From: Ascidiella aspersa
Taxonomy: Eukaryota
Reading direction: 5' to 3'
Assembly (NCBI GenBank): GCA_963924565.1
Contig: OZ004611.1
Coordinates: 27,218,001 to 27,282,000 of the forward strand
DNA length: 64,000 bases
How positions within the stretch are numbered: the first letter of the stretch is position 1; each line of letters begins with the position of its first letter. Below are positions 23,873 through 37,600 of the stretch, piece after piece. Under the pieces are notes generated by a model. It was not told the origin of the DNA. It did not search any database and worked only from the letters and a program-made list of their open reading frames with translations. The position numbers and the translations under genes were made by a program.

Positions 23873-26800
23873 GATTTGATTGATTCCGCAAACGTCATAG
23901 AAAATTGTTTTCATTCGTCGGGTAATTTTCTCGTCCAGCGAATGTTGACACCTTCTCTCAAACAGGGATTTAAAATCTGACAGTGACAAATGCGCGAACT
24001 GTCTTTAAAAGCCTAAAGTAGGCACACAAGTACGCACAAGTGTCTAAATTGAGATATCCAGGTTCAAATACAGGTAAAGTTTTCTTTGCGCCATAAACTC
24101 GAGCGATTTCTATTGAGCTGCGATAAATATTTATTTGCATGTCAAAGGATCATAAGGTCAACCGGGAAATGGACTTTCGACCAGCAGGACATAGCGGCCT
24201 TAAACTGTAACTACCAGTGATTTAAGCTATACCTCTGGTGATATGTTGTACTTTTATCCAAATGTTTGGCTATTATTAGAGCGACGCAGAACAATGCACA
24301 AGAGGCGCGTTCGGATCACTTTTAAATATTAGATATACCCGTAGAACTTCACTAAATCGAATATTAGGTGGTTTTGCATCTGAGTGCTTGACACATTTAA
24401 AAATATTAGGAACACAAATCCGTTGTACCAACTTTGTATTTGTTTTTCGAATGAAAAATAAATTGTTTTTCGTTTTTTCCGAAAAGTACCCCCTTTCCAC
24501 AAAAACAGCTGCAGACACGTGGTATGTCTTTTCTCGAAACAACAAAGCGATTGGATATAAGTCAGGATACCGGGCCTCCTAAATAGAACTGAACAGATGT
24601 CAGGGTTAATCAAAAAATAAAGAATTTGTTACAGTTTCGACAAGCACTGATCCTGACCCAATATGTATATTTTGTACCCTTCGTATACCTTTTGTCAGTT
24701 GTACATCCTAGCGTTTATTCGGTTAATATTGGGTTATACGAAAAACCCGGTTGAAGCCTGATCTAAATTAATATGAAGTTTATTTATTTTTAGATGTATA
24801 CTAATCAAAAATTACAATCTATGTATCAAATATAGCCAACACAAATTAAAAAGTGTATTGCGTTCGGCTTTAGGCCTAAAAATAAACAGTTAGAATAAAC
24901 ACTTTGGTTATCTGTCATTAAATATATAAATATATCAAGTACACACTTCGTTATATCAGGATTGAATACAAGCGGGCTCAATATATTGAATGCAAGCGGG
25001 TTCAATATAGAAATACAAACACGGAAAAGCAAAGCGAACTGATGTTTCACGCCGACCAAGTCGCATTGTAACAGCATAAGGCTTACACGAAACATAGCAT
25101 TAAATATTCAGGAGCCGAGTCGTTACTTAGGGTAAACACTCAATTTGGTTATTGTGGTTTTCGATTGGAGAATTTCCAAGACGGCCGGGATCATTTATTA
25201 TTCAAACGCCAAGCAAAGGCGTTATAAGAGACTAGGCCACATTTCCGACCGTTAGGATTTTTTTCGTATCTGGAAATCCTTATATTGTTTGTTCTGGCCC
25301 TATTGAATTCATTAATGTATGTTCCTAATATCACATATAAAGTTTTGACATTATATACTCACTTCCTCTAGGTGTCGCTGTAAGTACATATCTAGCATTT
25401 TGATAACTACGCTTTCGTTGGCTTGCCGTAAAATACTTAATTTAGTCGATCCATAGTAACAAGTCGCATTTACTACTTACCTAAGATTGTTCTGTGAAAA
25501 AAATCTTGATTGAAGGTGTTTTGCGATTTGGATCTCAATATTTTTCAATTAAAAAACAAATTTTATTATTACTTTTAGCATGTCAGAAACTGCATTTGGA
25601 ATGTTGTAAGGTTTTATTCTATAACTTTGATATGCTATAACCCGACATACTGTTATAACCCGACATGTGTTCATTCGCAAAATATAACTTACCAAAAAAA
25701 AGCATCTTGTTTGGTAATCGACTAGTTTATAAATGCTCTCAATTTATTCCATCAGGTTTGTCATTATCTCAACGATTCCATTTACCGTCCTAAAAGCTCT
25801 AAAAGTGCTCGGCGTCAATTTCTTTGTTCGGACACCATGTCTTTGTATTCCCCGTTGGTCACCGTCTAACAATCCGTTGGTCAGTTCTTTACAACAAGGC
25901 CCGCGGTCTGTTAGTTTCCATGTATTGGCTATGGGTGCGAATCTCCAAGACATATTGTTCTTTGTGATTTACCACGAAGTTGGTGTTACAGTCTCGATGG
26001 CCCAGAAATTGTGAAAGTTCACATTGGCGAGTTGAAATATGTTATTGTCTAGCCTTAAATTCATGAAGCATCCTCAGTTTTATCAACCATTGTTCCGTGA
26101 CTGCGCGAAATGAGGTCGTCCCGTGCAAATTATTTCACAGCTAACATGATTACCAAACAAAAAGGTAAATCAAGTTGTTAAAGTTCTAAATTTCATTCGT
26201 CTTTCGTAGTTTTAATCTTCCTGTACGATTATGAGATGACTTTTAACATTAAACAAAATGTACTGAAAAAAATGCTTTGTACATCTTAAGAGCTGTAAAC
26301 ACGTTGCGTAATTACCGTGTAAAATAATGAATTTTCAAACAACTGTTTTTGCTGATAGAAACTGTCATAAGGATTGATAAAACTGAAACTTGTTTACAAC
26401 AAACATAATAAGCTACTTACAGTGTGTTAAAGTGTGCCATTCTATAAAAACAATTATTTACATTATCGATTCATGATTCAATTACTTTTTATAATTGGGT
26501 GCTTTTAAAGTTTCAAGGTCATAATAAACGTTTGTCCGCGTCTTTCAGGTATTAGGTAAAAATTATGTTAAGTTTTTAAAGATTTGTTCATTTTTACTTT
26601 TATTGGGAATTTCATTAATTTGTTTTGAACTAAATGCAATATATTAATACACTATCCTGATATTGACTATCGAATAAATTAAATAATAAAATACAATATG
26701 TTATGGAGCATAATGAATAGAGGTTGTAGTAAGAATATCAAATCCCATAAAGATTAAATAGGGCCATGCAGAATATGTTTTAATAATTGTGTAATGTTGG

Positions 26801-27129
26801 ATATAGATTCAATGTTCAAATAACAGGTCATCCATAACAGCTACATGCTGTACACATAGTAACTTGTACAAACATTGACTTTCTGAGTAAAGCAGTGCTA
26901 AAATACAACTTAAAAATCAGAAACTTGGTTTCGAGTGACGAGGAATTCCGTTGCCAGACCGGGCCCCACCTCATTGTGCGACACTCAACTTGAAACCTTT
27001 CGTTAACAAACCGCACAACACGTGCAAGTTCGCCACAGTTCCACCAGGTATGGTACTGCGGTCAGTTCAACAGGCTTTTGGCCTTCTCCATTGTGTCTAG
27101 TGCGCATCACGCGTTTTAACACGATTGTG

Positions 27130-27360
27130 TAATTGTTTCGTCTTGTCTGTCGCTCGCCCGCGCCCGAGAGAGAGAGACCTGTCCTAGAACGCAATACAGT
27201 CGCCGGCGTTCGCAACGGTAAATTCAGATTCGTTTCCCTTTTTTATCGCCCCGTCTCGCCTACTGCTGCTGTGCTCCTGAGAGAAAGGCAAACGAGAGGC
27301 GCATTTCGCCCGTTTTTCGCCGAGCGAGCGCCGCATTCGCAACGCAGACGCCCGCCGCTC
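27130..27360 (+). promoter_or_regulatory. CpG/GC-rich putative promoter and non-coding first exon of chimaerin
   Basis: Local GC/CpG enrichment, a (GA)n tract near 27165-27177, and a donor-like CTC|gtaagg at 27360/27361 that could join the acceptor at 31418. Inference only. Confidence 0.35.
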
Positions 27361-27514
27361 GTAAGGCAAGGTTTTCCAGACTTGATGTCAGTTGATTGCG
27401 CGTGTTGTTACAGGTGCCCGTTAGTTGTTGCAAGCGGACAGGAGTGCACAGCTAGTCAGTTTGGCTCAAGTTTTAGTCTAACTTAAGAGGATTAGTCGTT
27501 TCCAGTTTCAGGCA

Positions 27515-27846
27515 ATATTTGATTTTGACAGGGCAGAATATTAGCTGTGTTTTCATTTCACTTTTATGATTGCAACTAGAGTTAAGCTTTTGCGGTGCAA
27601 GGCAAGTTTATATTGCTAGCGCTGTACGTTCAGTTGTGTATACTTCATCGTCATAATATTGGAATAAGATTGTGAAATGAACTGATTGTTTGACAGGGCA
27701 GCTATTTTCGCTGTGTTTACATTTAGCTCTAAGGGTTGCAACGGAGCGATAAGTATTTACAGTTTCCGGGAGATTATATTTGCAACGCTGTACGTTCAGC
27801 AGTGTTTCATTCAGCGTCATATCGTTGGAATGAGATTGTGGAGAAA
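27515..27846. repeat. Diverged ~166-bp tandem duplication
   Basis: tttgacagggcag at ~27524 and ~27689; cgctgtacgttcag...ttggaat.agattgtg at 27620 and 27786. Confidence 0.8.
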
Positions 27847-28349
27847 ACTGCTGAGCTGATCTAACCTTTGACCTGATAGTTTTCTCTGTTCTTTTAGGCG
27901 ATTTGTCTGTTAGTCTGAATCACATCACTTCATTAGCAAAAGGCTTTATTTTGACGTCTGCCTTTAAACTTTGAGGACAACGGCAAGCAAATAAACAGCG
28001 CGTGCCTGGCCAAGGGTTAGGTTTCATTACTCATATTTACCGTACACAAAGGCGTTTTAAACTCGCATAAGAAAACAGTAGGGGACCGCCTGTCGGAAAG
28101 CAAACACCACGATGTTTTGGAACCGTAGCCGTAAACGGGTTGCACGTCTCCGCGGCTAGAGCTGCCAATGTCACGGACCGTCGAGCAAGAACGGGATTAT
28201 TTCTTGGGGCGCGCAGACCAACACTTGTTCGGCCGCAATAAATCACCCGAGAGCGCCGCGCGACTGCCAAGGATTCGGGTTGTGTAAACAGTCGGCACCT
28301 AGACGTCACCTTGCCGACAGGGGTCTAATATACAACCAATCAACCATGC

Positions 28350-28744
28350 AACAAAATCCTCCCTAGTTTCTTGTCTAGGGCAGATTCTCGGCAAAGTTGC
28401 AGAAAAATTTGTTAGTATTTGAGTCAGGTAACGAAGGGTAGCTGCGGATTTATTTTCTTTTTTTAGTGGGCTGTAATCTGTTAAACGTTTGAGAACCACT
28501 GGTCTAATTTGTGTGAGTAACCTATTTGTTGGATCACAAATAACTATGCAATGCATGTCAGCTTTGAATGCATAATGTTTGTACGATAACTGGTAATGTT
28601 ATTGCAGTTATCTATCTTCTTGTGCAGTAAGGATGATAGTCCAGTTACCATTTTCCATAGTTTTTGCAAACAAAAACAAAATAGAGTTAGTGTGTTTCAA
28701 TTTACTCAATGCTCCACAAGCTGAAAAGGTTTGAGAACCCACTG
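28350..28744. mobile_element. hAT MITE fragments (two right-hand TIRs)
   Basis: GTTTGAGAACCACTG ends at 28501 and GTTTGAGAACCCACTG ends at 28744, each followed by GTCTA. Left ends are unclear. Confidence 0.5.
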
Positions 28745-31582
28745 GTCTAGTATCCGCAAGGTAAAAAGCTCCGCGAATGCCGAGCCTATTGATCGCGCAA
28801 TATGAAATGCGTGCAAGGCCTTGTGGAAAATGTGTTCGGATTGATTGGCCTTCGGGTCAGCAGCAGGCTTGCTATTGACTTCACCTTCCAGAGCAGATGT
28901 TAGAACTCAAGGCCCTACGGAATAATGCTTTTTGCTCGTTTCTTAAAGTGCATGTTAAAGTGCAGCATGACAGCAAAACGCATGATTAGCTTGTTTAAAA
29001 TCAAAAGAAACGGTATTAATATGCCACCTTTAGTGTTGTCGGATGCTTTATTCATTATGGGTATTTGTTTCAACGCTCAGTGTTGAAAAGCGTGTAGTTG
29101 CAATAACTTATAAACACGACATTTTTCGTTCCTAGATCACCTTGGCGTTTAAATAATCTTGACGACTTATTTGAAATAATCAACTTGCATTTCGATTAAT
29201 TTGTTATTTAACGAAGGTGAATAGGTATGATATATCTTAGGGAAATTTGTCTGGAATTTGAGATAATTTTGAGATTTAACTACGACACTGTATGAGCAAC
29301 GTACAGGCGATAAGCGAGGCTAATTGTACCGCATTGTACGAGTCGTCCGCCTATATTTATACGCAACATAAATAGGCCAGTTACTGAGTTTTGCTAGCCG
29401 CGGGCTTAAAACTAATGCCTCGGTGGTCAATTTCATCTGGCCGCTAGCCATTCATAACCAGATTGGAAATAATTAGTTACGAATATCACATTATGAAAAT
29501 GTTTATAAGATAGTACAGTTCAATTATTATCAGATCAACACTTTTACATCTGTATATTCGCGCGTTTGTATTAGCACTCGAAATGAATACGATTGCCAAT
29601 CTAATTGCGCCAACTGTAAATCGGTATGATAATGTCCTCGGGTAAGCGTCGGCCTGCGACAATGAGATCCCTTCTCACTGCGCCGACTTTGAAAGTCGTA
29701 ATCTTGCCCTAAGCGCGCATATAAGGCCGACAAACAGCGCCGGAATTTCTTTTGTGCGCCTCTCGAAACTGCCGGCAAATATTTGCCAGTTCGCTCGTCA
29801 AACACGCCGAATCCGTCTGTCCCGTGTTTTGTCCAAGTTGTCACCGCGATATGTGTATGTGTGTGTACTCTACGCTCTCTTTTTTGATCCACACACCCCT
29901 TCCAGGCCTGACACTGGCACAACCGTGACGTTGTGTGGCCAAAGAATGCCGAATAGTCGTTAAGTCGAACGCGCGATCCTCGTAAATTCGTCCGCGCGTT
30001 TTTTCGTGACGTCATGACTAAGTGCGTTGCAGTACGCCAAGCTCCCAATGTATTTTGCCTTTGTGTGCTGACGGCGCTGCAAATCTACAACCCTGGTTTA
30101 TCCAGTCGCCAATCCGCAGTACTGCCAGTCGGATTAGCTGTTGTGTTCTCGCTTTATCGAGATATTGTTGTCAGTCGCATGCTAGAACGTTGATTTTACC
30201 GCCAGGTTTTGTTCGACACTGTGGTTAGTCTGCTGTTACAACTTGGCTAGCAATGTCACGGTGGTTTGACTGATTGTTTAGACAAGGTACTGGTTTCCTT
30301 AGACGAAGTTTTATTTACTCTAACAACCGCTGACCTTCTTGGCTTTTAAGGAAAATAAAATTAACTGCGTAAAGTCAACATTGAGTAATGTGTAGAACGA
30401 GACATATCTGAACAGTTTAAAAAGGTCCTGTCCTTTCGCCGATGTACTTTGCGTCGTCGGATAGACAGACTTTCTAATGCACTTCTTTGCACAGGTTGAA
30501 AATTGAAATTATTTGCAAGTTGTTTTGCGCCGGCTGTCTCACTCGCACCAGAGGTGTAGTAAATTGGCACCGCCGATTCGCGCAAATTGTCGCTTTCGCA
30601 TCCGTTTCTTTTCACTTAACTGGCACGAAAAGGGCAGTCTTTCCGACATCAAATCTACTTTCCCCGTTGCACCACCTTACTCAGTCAAAATATGTAGCTT
30701 TATTTTGAGCAAACATGCGTCAAAACGATTGAAATGGCAACCTATGTGGGACCTAGAACTTCGCAAGGAGAGAGAACACCGTCTGCTATTTTATCAGCAC
30801 TGCATCTTTGTCAGGCTCATTTCCAACCGCGCTAGATAGAAAGGATACACGGACATCCGATTCGGGCCGTTTTGACAGACAGCAGAATTACAGAGAGCGC
30901 TCTGGCAGAATCCATCTAGTTTTACATCGCAATTGAGCGCATTTACAAGCGACGTACGCGCGACGTATTATAAAGACGTTCGACGTAAAGTGTGCCGCTA
31001 ATAGGCTTCGGCTCGCTAGGAAAAATGAATAATTCATCTCACCCTTTTGCGCGGCGAGCGGTAATTTGACTTCGCTGTCAATTGCAATTACGCTAAAAGT
31101 TGTCCGCGGTCGTTCTTGTGGTCGAGCGATGTTGAACAACCTGTTACTGTGTCTATTTTCAGCTAAAAGGCGTTTCGCAAATCAAGCCATTGTGTGTAAT
31201 GCTCAGACGATTGTATGTACACAATAAACCGTAGGAAAGCTGATAAAAACGTATGTATATTAAACGATTATCAAATCAACCGTGTTTTAGCCAATAGTAA
31301 ACCAGGTAACTTGATACTGATACATAGTGTTATTCTATAGATAAATTAGTATAATTAAATGGCTTCTGCACTTGTACACCATTCGCTGTTTCGTCTAACT
31401 TAAAATTGTGTTTTTCAGTGATAAAAATTGCTTAATACTGATTACCCAAAGATGTACAAAGTAAGGTGTTCGCGTTCGCTACAAACGTAAACCAACGGAA
31501 CCAAAGCAAACTGTTCGATTTGCCCGGGATATTAAAAGCAAATCACAAGTCGGATTATTACCACCACACAAGCGGCACAAAT

Positions 31583-31622
31583 ATGAAGAGTCAGGATAGT
31601 TACCCAACATGGAAAGGCTACC
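31583..31622 (+). CDS. CHN: Chimaerin coding exon 1 (MKSQDSYPTWKGY)
   Basis: ATG at 31583; donor C|gtaagt at 31622/31623. An upstream acceptor tttttcag| at 31418, with a ctaac branch-like motif, suggests a 5' UTR part at 31419-31582. Confidence 0.8.
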
Positions 31623-34600
31623 GTAAGTTCTGTGTAATTTGTTTGCATAAAACATGCAAATATTTACGTGTTAAATTAAGCGATTCTAATGGTCATGTTT
31701 TACAAAAGTGCGTTATAGACGTTGCAAAAGTTTTTCGTTTTTTTAAATTGGTTTAAAATATATATCAGTTGCTCTTAATTGTTGCATATATGTACAAAAC
31801 GTTACCAAAATGGTTATTGGTCAATAAAGCATAACAGTAAACACGCATTGCATAAATATGGTCACTTTAAATTGCCAAATACTCAAAAAACATATTTTAG
31901 CACTGAAATTATGAACTGAATAGATTCCTTAAAATGCCATACGCAACGTTAACACATCGTACTAACGAAAAACACATCAATCCAGATTAGCGCGTTTGTC
32001 CAGACCCGTGTTTTTGTGTTACGCTGATTTGACAGCAAAGGTCATCGATTTAAAGACAAATATCACAAAAACACTTATATTTTTCAGTGTTTCGTCTCCA
32101 GGAAGAAGCACCAAAGCCAAGACCGGTGTACTGCCAGCAAGAGGTATGCAACATTCATGCCTGTCGTGTCGCACTGTTTACTAGCAAGTCGAACTCAAAC
32201 GACCCCCTTGCACAAACAGTGCCGTGAAATTACGATTTTCACGTCGTTTTGCTTCGCTCTGCCAACTGCTTAAATCGACCAAAAATATTTTTGTTTAACT
32301 TTATGAATACTTTGATTACCTTGGAGGGGATAAACGGATCAGCCAATGTTAATTTTCGGGTGTAAAACAAGTCTTCACAATGCCAAATATGCATTATTTA
32401 GAAATAGCAGTTTTAACTATAAATGTCGATTTATTATCTTGCATTTTAGTGATTGCCAATATTTTTGTACTTGAGCAACCAGGCTTAAATCAACTAATGG
32501 CAGAGTGGCTACATTATTTTTTTTGTTAACACCACTTACCCTCTGTGTGCATGAAAACAAGTGCGACAAAAATTATTATCAATAAGTTAATCAATTGGTC
32601 CGGCGTATCGTTAAACTTTAAACGTTCGTGCGAAAGACGATCGCCGATTGGCCAGTCATTAGCAATCAGAATAAAACGCAGTGACAATATAGGTATTTTC
32701 TCATTTAAGGCGCGCCCTTTGATCATTTCATGCTCAAGAACGTTGCCACCCCCCCATGTAACCCCCTTTACGTGCGAGGGGCTCTCAATGGCGCTTTGGG
32801 GTGTGACTGTCGCCGGCGTTTTTACTACCGTGTTTACGCCCCGGGTTTAAATGATTCATTTGCGGCGTGGTTTCGAGTGCTTCTTGTATAGACGCAAGCG
32901 TGACTCCCACTCTGGCCAACTGGCGGTTATATTTAGCAACAGCCGACTTTGTTGTCGTTGAGTGGTTTTCAATTCGGTACTACTCCGTGTTTTGTTAACT
33001 TTGATGTTGAAGTTCTACGTCAAACACGAAGTTTGTCACCAAAGCACCACATAATGATTGATTCAACCTCTTTTGAGTATTTTTGTTTTTTTGGTTATGT
33101 GTTGTACTGGAAAATGAATCCACGTTTTATTCCCATACTGATGGCCTTTATTTTGGAGAAAAATCGCTATCCTATTCGATTTTATAGGATATCTCTATAC
33201 AGGAATTTCGGTGGTCCAAACTCTGTGATGTACAGGAATAGCGACATGAGTTGGGTAAACAAGTATTTTCTTAATTATAAATGCGTCACATTGAACGTTT
33301 TAACCCAATTCTGACTAACGCCGGTGCATTCCGAAACAACCTCAAAACGCCGTTTTACCACGCGCCATTTCTCATTGGGCAAGCCTAAATACGAAAACGC
33401 CTAATTCGCCGGCGACTGTCCAAATATAGCGGCGGGCGGGCCGTTCTCATTACGGCCACAAATCTTCGTTGACCAATGACAATGCGCCTGATCTTAAGCG
33501 ATTGAAAAGGCTTCTGAGCGTCGTCATTGTTTAGGTTTGTATTTCATTCAGTTGTGAGTGCTTCTTTTGCATTTGAAAAAAAACGAAACCTTATTGCTGG
33601 TTGTAAGCACATTTGGCAAGAAGTACACGAATGGTATTTCTTTGCATTGGTTGTGAACGTAACTCCGCAGTGGTTATCAACCCGTTTTTGAATCACGGAC
33701 CCCTTTTGAAACCTTACCAAGATTACGAACCCCTAAATATATTAGGACTTCTAATTAAGAGTTGTATTAATGTACGTGTACAAATACCAGCGAACTTTAA
33801 TACCACACTCTATTAAAGTTACACGAAACAAAAAAATGCTCATTTACGAATTGCCTCTATATAAGAAAACAGTAAGAGAGTTCGTGAACCCCTGCACCCT
33901 TTTTATGGACCCCTGTTTAGGAACCGATGAGCCCCTGTTAACTACTGTAGCCGCTGCCAGCCGATACATCAGCCTTTAACGAGTCCGCGAGGTTTACCCA
34001 CACGTTCTGTCTATTTGGCGAGCCGTCCTTTTATTTATCTCGCCAAGCTCATCAGCAGACAGAGCTCAATTCGGTCCGTATTATTTTCCCTGCACGCACA
34101 ATTTGCCCTGATTGATCACGTTGATTTTGCCTTGAAGTTGCCCAGATATAGGGCTTCTGTACCGGGCTTACTAGCTGATTGGCGGCGCGGGCCTTCAAAG
34201 CTTGTAATCCGGCCGAATGGTTCGCCACCCTTGGCTTGCTACTTCGAATCGAAGCGTGACAGTTGCCATCCGGCCCCACGAATATAAATAGGCGAGCGTT
34301 AAAATTACTAATTCCCCCTTCAAGTTACAGCTAACCCGAATTCAATAAAACCAGTAGTTGTAAACATTACCGGCGTTGTTGTCCTTTAGAATGGACCTGA
34401 TGGCGTTGGATTACCTCCAATTTTAAAAAGTTTAATAAATAACTGAATCATAAATTACCCAGCTAATTCAATACAACAATCACACTTCAAGAAATTTGGT
34501 TGAACTTATTTACCGTTTTAACCCTAAAAATTGTATAACTAGCTACTCGTTTGGGTTTAAGTAGCTCCTCACAGTTTATAGACCACTGAGCTAAAAAAAT

Positions 34601-37600
34601 AGAGTCATTTTTGACATAAGAACAGTATCAAAACAAGAGGATTTTGCTGGTTATTGAATTCTTTACACGCTTCAATTGTCTTTTGACAACTTTATTGCTT
34701 AATATAGGGCTGTTGCGTATTTGCCCATCGCCCCGGCGGTTAAACATTGATATTGCTTCTGGATCCGGCATTTGGACGCACGTTTGTGTGAAGGTGTAGA
34801 CATTCCACATTTGTAGTTCAAATTCCGTTGACTGCGCACATTCAGTTCACCCTACGGTCGCGTTAAATTTATTGCGTGCAACGAACACACATTGGAAAGA
34901 AATACGCGTTATAAGAAAGTAACTGGAAGCGGCAGCGGTTGCCTAGCGTCAAAACGAAATGTCAAACACTTGACTCATTTAGGGCACCAATAAAACAGCA
35001 ACGCCCTAAATGCCATTCAGGTGTTATTGTTAACCGGTTTTTACTTTAGCTGAGCTGTAAGGTGAATAACCAACAAGTAATCTGATTTTACAAGTAAAGA
35101 CACGATATTGTCAGATCAGTACCGATACCCGTGGTATTGGTACTCGCCATTCGCCAAATACTATAGTGATGTATCGGTAACAAATTAATGTCCGGATTTC
35201 AGACCTGGTTTATTATCTAACCGGGAGTTTCCAATTTTTTCATATAATAAAATGCTAGTATTAAAAGCAACCAATTAACCTATATGGGTTAACACCTGTA
35301 GGTTGGTTTGCAGTTAGCACTATAGCGAAATTACTGGTAGCTGTAATCGGGCCTGGTAAATGTTCCGAATACAAAGGCCGTACAAAAGCAGCCCTGGAAG
35401 AAATGGTTGAAGGTGTCTTTTTAAAGCGGCATGGAAAGTGTTTCATAAAAGAACAGCGCTTCGATTCTTCTCGCAAGAAAATCCCTGGACCGCTTTTAAA
35501 AAGCTCTGCTTTCTAGATGCCAATGCGTTAATTCTATGCAGGTGCATGCTGAAAGAAAGCTTCACGCGTTATAACCTCTGTGAAAACAAGCGATTAGCCG
35601 TTTACACGTTTCGTGGCGCGCTTCTAATCCTCTTTTAACCAGCCCTGTACATTTGACGCGCAGTGTCTTTCTGCAACATCAAGGCTACCGAAAGCGTTTG
35701 AAGTTTGGGGGTGAAGCTAATGCATTGTCCTTTAAGTATGTCATTTTCAGACATGTGGCATAACGTGTGTTTGTCTATAAGTTAGAACGCGAACCCCAAA
35801 TCATGAAGTGCTGAAGTCTCATTTTCAGCAGTTTTTCAACGTTTAGTCATTTGCCTTGTGACCGATTCTTGTGTAAGTGGCGATGCTTCTGTTTCGCTTG
35901 CAATAAGTAAAAAATCACGTTGTACACTATGGCACCGTGATTACAACTTTTGGCCAAAAAATCTTGGTGAAATCCAATTTTTACCAGGCTTACGTATAGC
36001 GGTTTGGACAAGATTACGGTGCGATTTCGCCGCAGGAATCGACGGTTGTCAATTTGAAGAGATTACTCAATTGCGCGTGGTTTCGTCCCAACGAGCTATT
36101 GTTCCCTGTTTGCATTGCGTTTCCACTATTTGCGCTACGTCTTCGATAAACCGACGTGGACTGGCACATCACCGGACAACTGCTTGGCTATTTGCGTGAG
36201 CATTTCGAAGAGAGGCCGTTCTATTTAATTCAGATATTTCAATCGATCTCAAGGTATACTTGACATCTTTGAAAGCTTTCATATCCTTGTCATGATTTCT
36301 AGATGATGTTTCGTGACTGTTACTCGTGCTAAGCATTCATGATTGTTTTAAAAGCATTCAGATTAAATATTTTTTTGGTTTCAGAATTTTTTTTTGATTT
36401 TATTAAAATAATTATCAGGGTGGTAAAAGCTATGTATAACGATTTTCAAACATCAAAATCTATTTTAAGTTTCAGTTTTACATTGATCGACAAAAATTAA
36501 CAAGTCTCTCACCCCTTAAGCTAGTCGTTTTATCATCCGGGATAATTTGGTTTATTGATTTTTCTTCTAAAGGACAGTGGTTGTAAGTTAGCTGGGTGAC
36601 CTTAAAGTGGCATGTAAACTCACCCAGCGCAGACTTGGTCGTGTCAATGTACGCGGGATTCAAGCGCCAACCGATTAGCTTTGGTTTACTCATGGGGCGC
36701 GTTTGGTAAACTTACGTCCAAAAGTGAGAGGGATCCCCGTACACAGTACACACACGGCCATTGTGTAGTGAGTGTTCGTCTCGCTGTAAGGGGCACTTTC
36801 TTCTAAACGAAAAACGGCCGTTTTTTTTAGGTCGGCCATATGCCCAAATCTGTTCGTCTGTTTAAGTTTTTTGCATCTCAAATGTTGTAAAAATGTATGA
36901 CGAGAGTCAAAAAATGTATATTCTGAAAAGAATTCTGTAGAACCACTCTTGAATGAGCTTTGTTCAATTAATGCAAATAAAGGCACAATGTTTAAAGAGA
37001 ATAGGCCTGGCTCTTATTGAACTGGGTATGTTATCAAGTCTGATGACAGACAATTGTAGCTGATGCGTGAACGAAGGGAGACAAAACAACCACAAAGGCA
37101 TAAAAAAGCTTTCTGGTCCGCCTATGTACGCTTTGACGGTTATTTCGTGGTTACATATTCAACCATTTCAAGCGCACATTTGGATCTTTTACTAAATTTT
37201 ACAAAACGGAGATGAACTATAAAATTTAATTGTATGTTCACGTTTAACTGAAAGTGCTGTTTTTCACATTGTGCCTGTTTGACCATAAGTTTTGGCGTCA
37301 TTGTGTTTTAAACAGTTATTTTAACATTACTATTTTAAATAGTTTTTTTAACACGTCGATCGTCGGCGTCAGTTTTCTTCTTTTGTTTTTCACAATTAGA
37401 TGATATAATTATACTTGTATTGCAAAACCGTTTAGATAAACCAACTTGTTTTTTGTCGGTTTAGCCTAGGTTCGACTGGCAGTTTTGGCCTCGCCGTGTT
37501 TCGTAATCTTAGATCAGCTCATAACCTCAAAATTGTGGTGATTTTAAGGCTTCGGCATTCGGTGGTTTTCGGCGCCAAAGGTCTTTCGCTGACAAGTAGA

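Noticed and set aside
25087-26220. Stop-codon reassignment to explain the in-frame stops
   Set aside because: All three stop types occur there, neighbouring genes end in TGA and TAG, and their coding exons have no internal stops.
29530-30048. 172-aa minus-strand ORF
   Set aside because: Non-ATG start, Arg-rich reading of a CpG-rich regulatory-looking patch, no domain and no supporting exon chain.
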